This document shows, piece after piece, positions 41,348 through 51,896 of a DNA stretch of 64,000 bases; the stretch's first letter is position 1; each line of letters starts with the position of its first letter. Origin of the DNA: Sphingomonadaceae bacterium (lineage in GTDB: Bacteria > Chloroflexota > UBA6077); contig JBLNDL010000013.1 of NCBI GenBank assembly GCA_050261575.1, positions 1 to 64,000 of the forward strand, given 5' to 3'. The position numbers and the translations under genes were made by a program. The notes beneath the pieces were generated by a model. It was not told where the DNA came from. It made no database searches and worked only from the letters and a program-made list of their open reading frames with translations.

Positions 41348-41651
41348 GCCGAGGGGCCGCTTCTGGCCAGACGTAATCTGGAATGCCGAGACGCGGGTTC
41401 ACTTGCGGGGCCCGCGTCTCGCTACAATGCAGCATGAGACGGATGGTTCCTCAGGTACCGGTAGGGGCAGACCTTCCGTCTCTCCAGGGCGCGCGTTTGG
41501 GCGCGCCCCTCGCCGGATCGGCAGCCACTCCTGGCGCTGAACACTCGTGGCGTCCGAGCAGGTATCCCTGGTACGAGTCGGTTTCTCTGTCGGGAAACGC
41601 CTAGTCTGCCCAGAGACAATGCTTGGCCTCGCCACCGGAAAGAAGTCTCCC

Positions 41652-42239
41652 ATGTCAAAGGCATTGTTGGCCGTTTTCGCCATCGTTCTGCTCGTCGGCG
41701 GCTACTCCGTCTGGGAGTTCCGAGCCAAGATGGGCGATGCTCGGTTGGGTTCGGACGTTACGTACACCATCGACGCGCAGGGCAACGCCGCCGTCGAGAT
41801 GGTGAACAAGAGCTACTTCACCGATGCCAGCGTAGAGAAGAACTTCGATGGAATGGTGAGCCGACTCGGCCGGCCCGATCCCGAGTCCTTCCGAAAGGGA
41901 CTGGAGGAATCTCTGAAGAAGCTCTCGGAGAAGACTGGCAGAGAGTACGTCGTATCCGACTTCGATGCTGCCTTCGAGCGGCATCCGGAATACGGCGCGC
42001 AAGTGTATCGTTTTCGTTGGTCGGGCTTCGCAGAGGAGCGGGATGGGGTGTGGGTGGTGGACTTCAAGGCCGCCAGCAGTGTGAAGCTGAACAAGGACTC
42101 GGCGCTGACGGTGGTGCTGCCGGAGGGCGTGACGATGGTCAGGGCCAAGCCCGCGCCGACAGCAGGCGACGGGAAAACGAGGCTGGTGTGGACTGGCGCG
42201 GCGGAAATGGCGTGGCCGTTCATCGAATACAGGCGATAG
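41652..42239 (+). CDS. Membrane-anchored hypothetical protein (tentatively DUF4897-like)
   Basis: N-terminal TM; FRWSGFA, LTVVLPEG, LVWTG...WP.IEY. Confidence 0.7.
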   Translation: MSKALLAVFAIVLLVGGYSVWEFRAKMGDARLGSDVTYTIDAQGNAAVEMVNKSYFTDASVEKNFDGMVSRLGRPDPESFRKGLEESLKKLSEKTGREYVVSDFDAAFERHPEYGAQVYRFRWSGFAEERDGVWVVDFKAASSVKLNKDSALTVVLPEGVTMVRAKPAPTAGDGKTRLVWTGAAEMAWPFIEYRR

Positions 42240-42271
42240 GTGTTGGACCTGGATTCTCGAGGAGGATTGGG

Positions 42272-42532
42272 ATGAGGTTGCCTATCACCCCAGGCTCGTA
42301 CGAGCCTGGGAGCATGGCGGGTGGTGGCAAGTACGGGGCGCCCACGCAGGCGCCCAGGGTCGATGCCTCGAAGTGCACCCAGTGCCTTGCCTGCTGGATC
42401 TTCTGCCCCGACAGCGCGATCTCGGTGGATGGGAGTGCCGTGATCGTGGACGTTACCCACTGTAAGGGCTGCGGCATCTGCGCCACCGAGTGCCCCGAAG
42501 GGGCCATCCGCATGATTGGGGTGGCGGAGTGA
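42272..42532 (+). CDS. porD: 2x[4Fe-4S] delta subunit of a 2-oxoacid:ferredoxin oxidoreductase
   Basis: CTQCLACWIFCPD and CKGCGICATECP; GGAGG SD. Confidence 0.9.
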   Translation: MRLPITPGSYEPGSMAGGGKYGAPTQAPRVDASKCTQCLACWIFCPDSAISVDGSAVIVDVTHCKGCGICATECPEGAIRMIGVAE

Positions 42533-43740
42533 TGCGCGAGACGGTCCAGCTAACTGGAAACCAGGCCGCAGCAGAGGCGGCGCGGCTGGCAAGAACAGAG
42601 GTGTTCCCCGCATTCCCGATTACGCCGTCGTTTCCGGTGATGACGTTCCTCACCAGGGCGATCGACGAGGGGAAGCTGCGAGCCAGGTTCATCAGGGTTG
42701 AGTCCGACCACAGCGCCCTTGCAGCGGCAGTGGGGGCGTCGTTGGCGGGGGCTCGCACTTTCAGCGTCACCAACTCCCAGGGCCTGGCCATGATGCACGA
42801 AGTGCTGCACTTCGCGGCCGGACTTCGGCTTCCCATCGTGATGGCGGTGGTCAACCGGGCCCTGTCCGCGCCGCACAACCGCTTCGCGGACCACGGTGAT
42901 GCGATAGCCCAGGAGACCACCGGCTGGCTCCAACTCTTCTGCGAGAGCAACCAGGAGGTGCTGGACACCATCGTCCAGGCCTTCCGGATTGCGGAGGATG
43001 CCCGGGTACTGCTTCCCGTGCTTGTGAACTACGAGGGCTACATCCTCGGCGATACCAGGCAGGAGGTGGTGCTCCCGGCAGATGGCGAGGTGGATGCCTT
43101 TCTGCCACCCTACTCACGGGCTGTGCTGGACGTGGACCAGCCCGCATCGCTCAACCCCCCTACCGGACCCTCTCTGTACACCGAGTTCAAGTTCCAGGAG
43201 CACGCGGCGAACCTAGCAGCTCTAGAGGTGATCGAGGAAGTCAGCGCGGAGTACGGGCGCCTCTTCGGTCGAGACTGGGACGGCGCGGTGGAAGGGTACC
43301 AGACCGAGGACGCAGACGCGTTGATAGTGGCGATGGGCTCCATGGTGGCTGCTGCCAGACAGGCGGTCGACGCCATGCGGGGTGCCGGCAAGCGGATCGG
43401 CCTGGTGAAGGTTCGCTCGTTCCGCCCCTTCCCCTTCCAGGAATTGGCGAGGCTAGCGGGGAGGGCTCGTGCCCTCGCCGTGCTCGATCGATGCGCAGTG
43501 TACGGGGTTGGCGGGGCTCTCTATCGGGAGGTGCTGATGGCTCTCGCGCAGGCCGGACTCTCCAAGCCTGTGCTCGGGGTGATTGCGGGCCTCGGGGGCC
43601 GCGAGGTGGCCCCGGCGGACGTGGAGTCGGTGGGGGAGCGCGCACTGTCGGTGGCGGCCACCGGAGAGCCTGGGGGCCAGGTAATCTGGTTGAAGCTCAA
43701 CAGCGAGATCTTGCGTGAGGAGGCGGCGAGGTGGATCTAG
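42532..43740 (+). CDS. porA: 2-oxoacid:ferredoxin oxidoreductase alpha-like subunit (divergent)
   Basis: GNQAAA, FPITP, VESDHSA, NSQGL, NRALSAP, RSFRPFP, GLGGR. Confidence 0.88.
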   Translation: MRETVQLTGNQAAAEAARLARTEVFPAFPITPSFPVMTFLTRAIDEGKLRARFIRVESDHSALAAAVGASLAGARTFSVTNSQGLAMMHEVLHFAAGLRLPIVMAVVNRALSAPHNRFADHGDAIAQETTGWLQLFCESNQEVLDTIVQAFRIAEDARVLLPVLVNYEGYILGDTRQEVVLPADGEVDAFLPPYSRAVLDVDQPASLNPPTGPSLYTEFKFQEHAANLAALEVIEEVSAEYGRLFGRDWDGAVEGYQTEDADALIVAMGSMVAAARQAVDAMRGAGKRIGLVKVRSFRPFPFQELARLAGRARALAVLDRCAVYGVGGALYREVLMALAQAGLSKPVLGVIAGLGGREVAPADVESVGERALSVAATGEPGGQVIWLKLNSEILREEAARWI

Positions 43741-44597
43741 GAGAGATCGAGCTGCTGAGGAGTCTACCCCGAGAGGAGTTGCTCACGGGTGGCCACGGGG
43801 GAATGGCCGGCTACGGAGGGGCTATTGCCCTGAGGCAGGCGCTGAAAGCGCTGGGGCCCAGAACGATCCTCTGCATTCCGGCCTCATCGCTGGCGACTGC
43901 CGTAGCGCTGGATCTTCGCACCGCCTTGAAGGTGCCCCAGATCCACTGCCTGTTCGAGAGTTCCGCGGTGATCGCCTCCGGCATCAAGGCGGCGCTGGAG
44001 ATGAAGGGGAAGGATGACGTGACGGTGGTGTCGTGGGCCGGCGACGCCGGGACCGCGGACATCGGCTTCCAGTCGGTGAGCGGGGCCGCGGAGCGGAACG
44101 ACGACATCATCCACGTGTGCTACGACGACGAGGCGTACCTGAACACGAGTGGGCAGGCAGGCGGGCTCACTCCGAAGATGGCCACCACTGTCGACACGCC
44201 GTGGGGCAAGGAGACGCCCAAGAAGGACATGATCTCCATCATGGCCGGGCACGGCGTTCCCTACGTTGCGAGTGCGTCCATAGCCTACCCCGGGGATCTC
44301 ATTCGCAAGGTGCGGCGCGCGAAGGAGCTGAAGGGGTTCCGCTACATCCACGTGCTCGCTCCACAGCCGCAGGGATGGGGTTATCCGCCGGATCAGACGA
44401 TCCGGATGGCGCGCATGGCCGTGGAGACCGGGCTGTGGCCGCTGGTGGAGGTGGTGGGTGGAGTGAGAGTTCTCACCTATCGCCCGGAGCGGCGGATCCC
44501 GGTACGCGACTACATTCGGGCGCAGCGGCGGTTCGACAGAATGAGCGACGAGGAGATCGAAGAGCTACAAGAAGCGGTGGACCGAGCCTGGAGGTAA
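43731..44597 (+). CDS. porB: 2-oxoacid:ferredoxin oxidoreductase beta-like subunit lacking Fe-S cysteines
   Basis: GDAGTADIG...YDDEAYLNT ThDP-type motif; GHGGMAGYG in place of GHxxCxGCG. Confidence 0.85.
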   Translation: MDLGEIELLRSLPREELLTGGHGGMAGYGGAIALRQALKALGPRTILCIPASSLATAVALDLRTALKVPQIHCLFESSAVIASGIKAALEMKGKDDVTVVSWAGDAGTADIGFQSVSGAAERNDDIIHVCYDDEAYLNTSGQAGGLTPKMATTVDTPWGKETPKKDMISIMAGHGVPYVASASIAYPGDLIRKVRRAKELKGFRYIHVLAPQPQGWGYPPDQTIRMARMAVETGLWPLVEVVGGVRVLTYRPERRIPVRDYIRAQRRFDRMSDEEIEELQEAVDRAWR

Positions 44598-44614
44598 GTC
44601 CGGCCGATTGGACC

Positions 44615-44701
44615 GATCCGTAGATGTCGCGGGTGCCGCAGCCGGTGGAGATGCGTGTTCAGACAGGAGAGATCTGCGTCGACCTGCGACATCTGTGGAT
44701 C
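44615..44701. repeat. Eroded long palindromic intergenic repeat
   Basis: GATCCGTAGATGTCGCGGGT...ACCTGCGACATCTGTGGATC arms. Confidence 0.6.
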
Positions 44702-44760
44702 AGCTTTAGGGAGGCTTAGTGGTTTTTATCCTGGAGTGACTGCTGTAGGGCCAAATGCCG

Positions 44761-44839
44761 TTGCGCAGGGGGAGCGTCCCTGCTATAATCTCATTGCAAC
44801 AGTTCCGACTTGAAGTGGTGGGCGCGCCCCCACTTTTTT
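44761..44839 (+). promoter_or_regulatory. nusA operon promoter and leader hairpin
   Basis: TTGCGC-17 bp-TATAAT with extended -10 TG; AAGTGG..GGGCGCGCCCCCACTT then TTTT. Confidence 0.7.
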
Positions 44840-44903
44840 GTTGCGGCCCTGCAAGGGCGCAGGGATGTCTTAGGGGTGTCGGCTTCCTGCAGGAGGGATT
44901 GCG

Positions 44904-45986
44904 ATGAAGAGCGACTTTGTGACAGCGATAAGCCAGCTTTGTAGCGAGAAGGGCGTCACGCGCGAAGCGGTGATGCACGCTATCGAAGTGGCTTTGGTGT
45001 CTGCCTACAAGAAGAACTTCGCCCCCACAGGTCAGAACGTCACCGCTCAGATCGATCCGGCCACGGGCGCGGTTCGGATCTTCGCCGAGAAGCAAGTGGT
45101 GGAGCAGAATGGGGAGGCGGGCCCAGACAAGATCCCGCTGGACGTCGCTCGGAAGATCCGCCCGGACATCCAGGTAGGCGAAACCCTCGCTGTGGAAACC
45201 ACGCCTCCCAACTTCGGCCGCATCGCGGCGCAGACTGCCAAGCAGGTGATCCTGCAGCGGCTGCGCGACGAGGAGCGGCGGATGATCTACGACGAGTACC
45301 ACGAGCGAGAAGGGGAGCTGCTGCACGGTGTAGTGCAGCGGATCGAGAACCGCACGGTGTACATCGACCTGGGGAAGGCAGAGGGAGTCATGGCTCCCAG
45401 CGATCAGGTTCCCACAGAGCGGTACCATCCCGGGCAGCGATTGCGGGTGTACCTGGTCGAGGTGCACGATACCCACAAGGGGCCTCAGATCATAGTATCC
45501 CGGAATCACAAGGCGATGCTGCGCCGCCTGTTCGAGCAGGAGGTTCCCGAGATCTTCAACGGCACGGTGGAGTTGAAGGCTATCGCCAGGGAGGCTGGAG
45601 CGCGTTCCAAGGTGGCTGTGGCCGCCCGGCAGGAAGGCATCGACCCGGTGGGATCGTGTGTCGGGATGCGCGGTGTGCGCATCCAGAACATCGTCAACGA
45701 GTTGGGTGGCGAGAAGATCGACGTGGTGCAGTGGAGCCCGGACGCGGCGACATTCGTTGCGAACGCCCTGAGCCCGGCCCAGGTGATCAGCGTCGACATC
45801 AACGAAGAGGAAAAGACCGCCACAGTCATCGTGCCCGAGAGGCAGCTTTCGCTGGCGATCGGGAAGGAAGGCCAGAACGCACGGTTGGCGGCGAAGTTGA
45901 CCGGCTGGCGCATAGATATCAAGGCGGCAGGCGCCGAGCCTGTGGGCCCCGAGGTGGGAGAGACCGCCACGGAGTCTGTTCAGTAG
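44904..45986 (+). CDS. nusA: Transcription factor NusA
   Basis: FGRIAAQTAKQVILQ, AREAGARSKVAV, LAIGKEGQNARLAAKLTGW. Confidence 0.98.
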   Translation: MKSDFVTAISQLCSEKGVTREAVMHAIEVALVSAYKKNFAPTGQNVTAQIDPATGAVRIFAEKQVVEQNGEAGPDKIPLDVARKIRPDIQVGETLAVETTPPNFGRIAAQTAKQVILQRLRDEERRMIYDEYHEREGELLHGVVQRIENRTVYIDLGKAEGVMAPSDQVPTERYHPGQRLRVYLVEVHDTHKGPQIIVSRNHKAMLRRLFEQEVPEIFNGTVELKAIAREAGARSKVAVAARQEGIDPVGSCVGMRGVRIQNIVNELGGEKIDVVQWSPDAATFVANALSPAQVISVDINEEEKTATVIVPERQLSLAIGKEGQNARLAAKLTGWRIDIKAAGAEPVGPEVGETATESVQ

Positions 45987-46001
45987 GCGGGGTGTCGGAC
46001 T

Positions 46002-46322
46002 GTGCGACAGAAGCACATCCCGGAACGAACCTGCGTGGGCTGTGGGCTAACGCAGCCGAAGCGGCAGATGGTCCGCGTTGTCCGGACGGTTTCCGGCGAG
46101 GTCGTGGTCGATCCCACCGGAAAGCGGGCGGGGCGTGGGGCCTATCTGTGCAAGAAGGCGGAGTGCTGGGAGAAGGCTTTGCTGAGATCGACACTCAACC
46201 GTGCACTCAAAGTCGAAGTGAGATCAGAGGACCGGGATGAACTAATCCGATTTGGCCGTCAATTCGGCCCAGAGTACGCAACTCAGTCTGCTCCTGAAGC
46301 CGAAGGCGAGGCGGGCAGTTGA
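46002..46322 (+). CDS. ylxR: YlxR/RnpM-family RNA-binding protein
   Basis: [15 protein letters not shown]. Confidence 0.93.
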   Translation: MRQKHIPERTCVGCGLTQPKRQMVRVVRTVSGEVVVDPTGKRAGRGAYLCKKAECWEKALLRSTLNRALKVEVRSEDRDELIRFGRQFGPEYATQSAPEAEGEAGS

Positions 46323-46341
46323 GCGAAAGGAGGAGCAGCCA

Positions 46342-48240
46342 ATGAGTCCAAAACCGTTTAACAAGTCGAGGGGCACCCGGGACAACCGGAGACCCCAGGG
46401 CGGCAGATCGAGGCAGGGAGGGGGAGGTCCCAGACCACCCTTCAACCCCCAAGGACCGGTGAACAAGGGGGGTGTGGCCGTTGCTGCCCGTGAGGAGCCC
46501 AAGGCAGTCGAACTGCCGGACGGCATCGCCGTTAAGGATCTGGCGACCCTCCTCAACATAAGTCCCGTCACGATCATCAAGGAGCTGATGAAGAACGGGA
46601 TCATCGCCAACATCAACCAGCAGATCGACCGCGACGCTGCATCGGTGGTGGCCGCCGACCTCGGCTTCGAGGTGAAGGAGCCGGCCCCACAGGAACCGGC
46701 CGCGGCGTTGGAGCTACCTGCCGTAGAGGGCGAGGATCCTTCCCTGCTGGAGCCCCGGCCCCCCGTCGTGACCATCATGGGGCACGTTGACCACGGCAAG
46801 ACCAGCCTTCTGGACGTCATCCGCCAGACCAACGTGACTGCCCAGGAGGCGGGCGGCATCACCCAGCACATCGGCGCGTACCAGGTGGAGTTGCGCGGCC
46901 AGAAGATCACCTTCCTCGATACCCCTGGGCACGAGGCATTCACGGCGATGCGAGCGAGGGGGGCCCAGGCCACTGACATCGTGGTGCTGGTGGTGGCCGC
47001 CGACGATGGGATAATGCCACAGACTCGCGAGGCCATCGACCACTCGCGGGCAGCCAACGTGCCCATAGTCGTCGCCATCAACAAGATCGATAAGCCGGAC
47101 GCGAACCCCGACAGGGTCAAGCAGCAGCTAGCCGAGATCGGGCTAGTGCCCGAGGAGTACGGCGGGCAGACAGTCGTGGTGCCGGTATCCGCGCGCCGGA
47201 AGGAGGGGATCGACATCCTCCTTGAGATGATCCTGCTGGTTGCCGAAATGCAGGAGCTGAAGGCCAATCCCAGCCGGCCGGCGGCAGGGGTGGTGATCGA
47301 GTCGAAGCTGGACAAGGCCAGGGGGCCCGTCGCGACGGTCCTGGTGAAGGCCGGGACTCTGAAGGTGGGCGACGTGCTCGTCGCGGGAGGCAACTTCGGC
47401 AAGGTGAAGGCACTCTTCGACGACAAGGGGCGGCGGCTGCGGAAGGCCGGGCCATCGATGCCGGCGGAGGTGCTCGGTCTGAATGGCGTGCCGACTGCCG
47501 GCGACATCTGGAACGTCGTCGCGGACGAGAAGACGGCGCGGATGATCGCCGGAGAGCGGACCCTGGAGCCGTCTGTGGAGACCGCGGCGCCGGTGACGCT
47601 GGACGACCTGTACAGGCAGATCCAGGCTGGGCAGATAAGGGAATTGAACGTGATCGTGAAGGCGGACGTCCAGGGCTCGGTGGAGCCGATCGTCAACTCC
47701 TTGGGCCGGCTGCAGGCCGAGGACGTCAGGGTGCGGGTAATCCATGCCGGCACAGGCAATATCACCGAGTCGGACGTGAACCTGGCGTCTGCATCCCACG
47801 CCGTGATCATCGGCTTCAACAGCCGACTCGAGCCTGGGGCGAAGCACCTGGCCGAAGAGAACCAGGTGGACATCCGGTTCTACGATGTGATCTACAAGCT
47901 GGTCGAGGACGTGCAGAAGGCCCTCACCGGTCTGTTGGAGCCGAAGTACGAGGAGGTCACCGAAGGCCACGCCGAGGTGAGGCAGGTCTTCAAGATCGGC
48001 AAGTCCGACGCAGCAGCCGGGTGCATGGTAACTGACGGGAAGATCTCCAGAAACTCTCACGTCCGGGTCATCCGGGGTGGCGGTGTCGTCTTCGATGGCC
48101 GGATAGAGAGTCTGCGCCGCTTCAAGGAGGACGTGCGGGAAGTGGCCGCGGGCTACGAATGCGGCATTCACTTGGAGGGGTTTGGGGACTTCCAGATAGG
48201 AGACATCCTCGAGGCATTCCGCATGGAGCGGGTTAGTTAG
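46342..48240 (+). CDS. infB: Translation initiation factor IF-2
   Basis: [21 protein letters not shown]; start behind an AAAGGAGG SD. Confidence 0.98.
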   Translation: MSPKPFNKSRGTRDNRRPQGGRSRQGGGGPRPPFNPQGPVNKGGVAVAAREEPKAVELPDGIAVKDLATLLNISPVTIIKELMKNGIIANINQQIDRDAASVVAADLGFEVKEPAPQEPAAALELPAVEGEDPSLLEPRPPVVTIMGHVDHGKTSLLDVIRQTNVTAQEAGGITQHIGAYQVELRGQKITFLDTPGHEAFTAMRARGAQATDIVVLVVAADDGIMPQTREAIDHSRAANVPIVVAINKIDKPDANPDRVKQQLAEIGLVPEEYGGQTVVVPVSARRKEGIDILLEMILLVAEMQELKANPSRPAAGVVIESKLDKARGPVATVLVKAGTLKVGDVLVAGGNFGKVKALFDDKGRRLRKAGPSMPAEVLGLNGVPTAGDIWNVVADEKTARMIAGERTLEPSVETAAPVTLDDLYRQIQAGQIRELNVIVKADVQGSVEPIVNSLGRLQAEDVRVRVIHAGTGNITESDVNLASASHAVIIGFNSRLEPGAKHLAEENQVDIRFYDVIYKLVEDVQKALTGLLEPKYEEVTEGHAEVRQVFKIGKSDAAAGCMVTDGKISRNSHVRVIRGGGVVFDGRIESLRRFKEDVREVAAGYECGIHLEGFGDFQIGDILEAFRMERVS

Positions 48241-48252
48241 GGCACCGGCGGC

Positions 48253-48321
48253 GTGGGGCGGGGGTGTCCCCGCTCCCTGGCCGAGAGGCGCCCGCCGGCA
48301 GGGGACGAGCTACCGCCCTAC
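48253..48321. repeat. Degenerate GTAG-type REP doublet
   Basis: GTGGGGCGGGGGTGTCCCCG...GGGGACGAGCTACCGCCCTAC; related half-element near 23995-24021. Confidence 0.5.
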
Positions 48322-48337
48322 TGAATGGTACTGTGGT

Positions 48338-48688
48338 ATGAGCAGGCGGATAGAGCGAGTCAACGAGCAGATCAAAGAGGAGATCGCCGCGCTCGTGCAG
48401 AGGGAGATGCAGGACCCCCGCTTGCGCGGGCTGATCAGCATCACCGGGGTCACGACGAGTCCAGATCTCCACTACGCGACCGTGCGGGTGAGCGTCCTGG
48501 GCAGCGAGGAGGACGTTCAGCAGGTTATGACAGCCCTCCGACACGCAGCGGGCTTCCTCCGTCGAGAGATAGCATCCCGGCTGAGGCTCAAGCACGCTCC
48601 GGAGTTGAGCTTCAAGCTGGACACCTCTATGGAGCAGGGAGCGCGGGTGCTGGAACTCCTTCGCGAGATCCAGAAGGGGGAGAGGTAG
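48338..48688 (+). CDS. rbfA: Ribosome-binding factor A
   Basis: RRIERVNE, DPRL, AAGFLR, PELSFKLD. Confidence 0.96.
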   Translation: MSRRIERVNEQIKEEIAALVQREMQDPRLRGLISITGVTTSPDLHYATVRVSVLGSEEDVQQVMTALRHAAGFLRREIASRLRLKHAPELSFKLDTSMEQGARVLELLREIQKGER

Positions 48689-48691
48689 CAG

Positions 48692-49744
48692 GTGGAGTCC
48701 GGATACCGGCCGGTATTGCTGCCGCTGCTGAAGTCCGCTAGACGCGTGGTGGTCACCTGCCACGTGGACCCCGATGGGGACGCGGTGGCTGGCTTGTTGG
48801 CCCTGTCCCATTCCCTCAGGAAGCTGTCCAGGTGGGACGTGCACGCCATCAGCCCCGGGCAGGTTCCCGCCAGCTACCACTTCATGCCGAACTGGGAATC
48901 GGTGGAGGTGTACTCACCCGAGCGGCTGGAGACCCTGCAGGGGATGGCGACGAAGGATGCCGTGCTCTCTGCTGACGTCATAGTCTGTCTCGACAGCAGC
49001 GATCTCCATCGGCTTGGCGCCCTTTACGTGCAGAACCGCACGAAGTTCGAGTCCGTGCCGATCGTGAACATAGACCATCACCCCAGCAACAGCCGATTCG
49101 GCACGGTCAACCTCGTCGATGGGTCGGCCGCGGCGGTGTGCGAGCAACTGGCCGAGCTGATGGAGAGAGAGGACCTACCCATCCCCGAGGAGGTCGCCAC
49201 GGATCTCCTGGTGGGCATAGTCACCGACACCCTCGGGTTTCGCACCCCCGCGACTTCCGCCCGCACCCTTCGCACCGCCGCGACTCTGATGGAGAGGGGC
49301 GCATCCCTCTCGCTGATCAGCGAACGCGTCTTCAACACTCGATCCCCTCGCACCCTGTGGCTGTGGGGCCGTGTGCTGAGCCGGACTCGGGTGGAAGACG
49401 GGCTGGTGTGGGCCGACATCACCAGCGACATGCTGGCCGAATGCGGCGCAACCCTGGAGGATGCGGACACGCTGGTGGATTTCATCGCCGGGGTGCCTCG
49501 GACGAACGCGGCTTTCCTGTTCAGCGAGCAGAGGGGCAAGGTCCGTGTGAGCATGAGGACGTCGGCCGAGTTGGATGCGGCCGCCTTGGCCAAGAGCTTC
49601 GGCGGCGGCGGACACGCTCGCGCGGCAGGATGCACGCTGGAGGGATCCATCGCCGACGTCCAAGCCCTGCTCCTGGGTGAGGCCCGGCGACGGCTCGGGA
49701 TGGTGGCGAACGGGGGTGAACGGTACCAAGAAAGCGGCTCCTGA
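48692..49744 (+). CDS. nrnA: DHH/DHHA1 oligoribonuclease/pAp phosphatase
   Basis: HVDPDGDA, IDHH, TDT, GGGGHARAAG. Confidence 0.9.
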   Translation: MESGYRPVLLPLLKSARRVVVTCHVDPDGDAVAGLLALSHSLRKLSRWDVHAISPGQVPASYHFMPNWESVEVYSPERLETLQGMATKDAVLSADVIVCLDSSDLHRLGALYVQNRTKFESVPIVNIDHHPSNSRFGTVNLVDGSAAAVCEQLAELMEREDLPIPEEVATDLLVGIVTDTLGFRTPATSARTLRTAATLMERGASLSLISERVFNTRSPRTLWLWGRVLSRTRVEDGLVWADITSDMLAECGATLEDADTLVDFIAGVPRTNAAFLFSEQRGKVRVSMRTSAELDAAALAKSFGGGGHARAAGCTLEGSIADVQALLLGEARRRLGMVANGGERYQESGS

Positions 49745-50627
49745 GGGCTTCCTTAACGTCTCGAAGCCTTACGGTTGGACGTCCCACGACGTCGTTCAGT
49801 TGGTGCGCCGTCTGACGCGGACCCGACGGGTCGGCCATGCGGGGACTCTGGACCCCGCCGCGACCGGCGTGCTCGTCGTGGCCGTGGGACGAGCGACCCG
49901 GCTGGTAGACTACCTCGGGGAGCAGGACAAGAGCTACTGCGGGGACGTCGTCCTCGGCGCCACTACCACGACGGACGATGCCGAAGGGTCCGTCTTGGGT
50001 GCCCGCGATCCCTCCACCGTGACCCTCGATCAGGTGACCCGGGCCCTGTCTGGCTTCGTCGGCGAAATCGACCAGTTGCCCCCGCAGTACTCTGCCGTCA
50101 AGCTGGAGGGCAAGAAGGCTTACGAGATAGCCCGAAAGGGAGGGCTGGCGGCCGTGAGGCCCCGGCGAGTGACCATCAAGGGGATCGCTGTGGTCGCATG
50201 GGAGCCTCCCATCGTGAGCCTCATGGTACGCTGTTCCAAGGGAACTTACATCCGGAGCCTGGCAAGAGACCTGGGACAGCGGTTGGGCGTCGGTGGCCAC
50301 CTGGGCGCGCTGGTCCGTGTCAGCAGCGGGGTCTTCGACTGTGAGGATGCCATTGGGGTCGAGGATCTGCGACTGGCTGCGGAGTTCGACTATCTGGAGA
50401 AGCTGATCTGGCCGCCAGACGTCGCGGTGGCCCACCTGCCTGCCCTGGTGGTGGCGGAGCGGCATGCCGAGGACATGATGGGGGGGCGGTCGTGGGCGGC
50501 GACATCGCCCCCGCAGGGAACGAAGTCGGTGAGAGTCTACACCACGGAAGGGGTCTTCTTGGGGCTGGCTGAGTTGCGGGAGATGCGCTGGTGGCCGAAG
50601 CTGGTGCTGTTGCCGGAGGAGCAGTGA
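49716..50627 (+). CDS. truB: tRNA pseudouridine-55 synthase
   Basis: KPYGWTSHDVV, GHAGTLDP, QLPPQYSA, CSKGTYIRSL. Confidence 0.97.
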   Translation: MNGTKKAAPEGFLNVSKPYGWTSHDVVQLVRRLTRTRRVGHAGTLDPAATGVLVVAVGRATRLVDYLGEQDKSYCGDVVLGATTTTDDAEGSVLGARDPSTVTLDQVTRALSGFVGEIDQLPPQYSAVKLEGKKAYEIARKGGLAAVRPRRVTIKGIAVVAWEPPIVSLMVRCSKGTYIRSLARDLGQRLGVGGHLGALVRVSSGVFDCEDAIGVEDLRLAAEFDYLEKLIWPPDVAVAHLPALVVAERHAEDMMGGRSWAATSPPQGTKSVRVYTTEGVFLGLAELREMRWWPKLVLLPEEQ

Positions 50628-51580
50628 GTCCACAAGCTGAAGTTGCCACGCCGGAAGCGGTGGCGACCATTGGAGTGTTCGACGGGGTGCATCTGGGTCA
50701 CCAGGCGCTGATCCGCCGCGTGGTGGAGCGGGCCGGGCAGCTTGGGATGGTGAGCGTGTGCGTCACCTTCTCGCCTCACCCGGAGGACGTGCTACGTCCC
50801 GACAGCGGCATCGCCCACCTGGCGGGAGTGGAGGATCGGTTGGCCACCATCAAGGGGCTCGGCGTCTCCGAGGTAGTGGTGATGGAGTTCACCAGTGCCC
50901 TCGCAGCCCTCTCTCCGGAGGAGTTCATCGACCGCTTGATGCAGCGCTTCCGATTGCGGGAGCTGTGGATCGGGAGTGACTTCGCGCTGGGGCGTGGGCG
51001 GACCGGTACCCCGGAGCGCCTGGCAGCCATCGGGAGGGAGAAGGGGTTCGTGGTACGGTCGCTTCCCCCGGTGGAGGTCGATGGGCAGGTGGTTAGCAGC
51101 AGCCGCATCAGGCAACTTCTGGCCGATGGCCAGGTGGAGGAGGCGGCGCGGCTGTTGGGCCGCGCCTACAGGCTGCGGGGGCGCGTCGTCGCGGGCGATG
51201 GCCGTGGCAGAAGCCTCGGCTTCGCAACCGCGAATCTGGCCCCTGACGACCGGCTGTGCGTGCCCGGCGATGGGGTCTACGCGGTCGCCGTGCAAGTGGA
51301 AGGCGGAGGAGAATGGCACGGCGTTGCGAACGTGGGGGTGCGCCCAACCTTCGGCGAAAGCGCGCGCCAGATCGAGATCCACCTGCTAGGCTTTTCGGGC
51401 GACCTGTACGGCAAGAGGCTGGCCGTGGATTTCGTGGCGAGGCTTCGGGGTGAACGGCGGTTCGAGTCTGTGGAGGCCCTGAAAGCCCAGATAGCTGAGG
51501 ACGTGCGGAAGGCACGGTCGATCCTGGGGGAGTCTCCACCCCACAGCGCGAGCGCGCGCAGCGTTGCGCCTTTCCCTTAG
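50624..51580 (+). CDS. ribF: Riboflavin kinase/FAD synthetase
   Basis: GVFDGVHLGH, SSSRIR, GFATANL, NVGVRPT, EIHL. Confidence 0.97.
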   Translation: MSPQAEVATPEAVATIGVFDGVHLGHQALIRRVVERAGQLGMVSVCVTFSPHPEDVLRPDSGIAHLAGVEDRLATIKGLGVSEVVVMEFTSALAALSPEEFIDRLMQRFRLRELWIGSDFALGRGRTGTPERLAAIGREKGFVVRSLPPVEVDGQVVSSSRIRQLLADGQVEEAARLLGRAYRLRGRVVAGDGRGRSLGFATANLAPDDRLCVPGDGVYAVAVQVEGGGEWHGVANVGVRPTFGESARQIEIHLLGFSGDLYGKRLAVDFVARLRGERRFESVEALKAQIAEDVRKARSILGESPPHSASARSVAPFP

Positions 51581-51598
51581 GGCGAGGCGATCCGGCAT

Positions 51599-51632
51599 CC
51601 CCTCTCCCTTTGAGAGAGGGTCAGGGTAAGGG
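51599..51632 (-). repeat. BoxC-like palindromic repeat
   Basis: Minus strand CCCTTACCCTGACCCTCTCTCAAAGGGAGAGGGG. Confidence 0.6.
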
Positions 51633-51896
51633 CGCAGGCCGTTGGCCGCGTAGACTCCGCATGGTCTCCTGGTCCCCACTCGGTAGCGCGCCCTACACGG
51701 GAGCCCGGGGGGCGCACCAGCGGGCTGCTTTCCGGCCGGTTTTCGGCCTGGCCGTAGGGCTCGGGGCACCCCCCTCCCTTCGGCCCGACGGTATGAGGCC
51801 ATTGCCGTCGTCGACGGCCTATGTTAGCATTATGACCACTTCGCAATACCCTTCGAGTTGATCGTGACTTCCTGAGGGCGGTCCCAAGAGAGGTCC

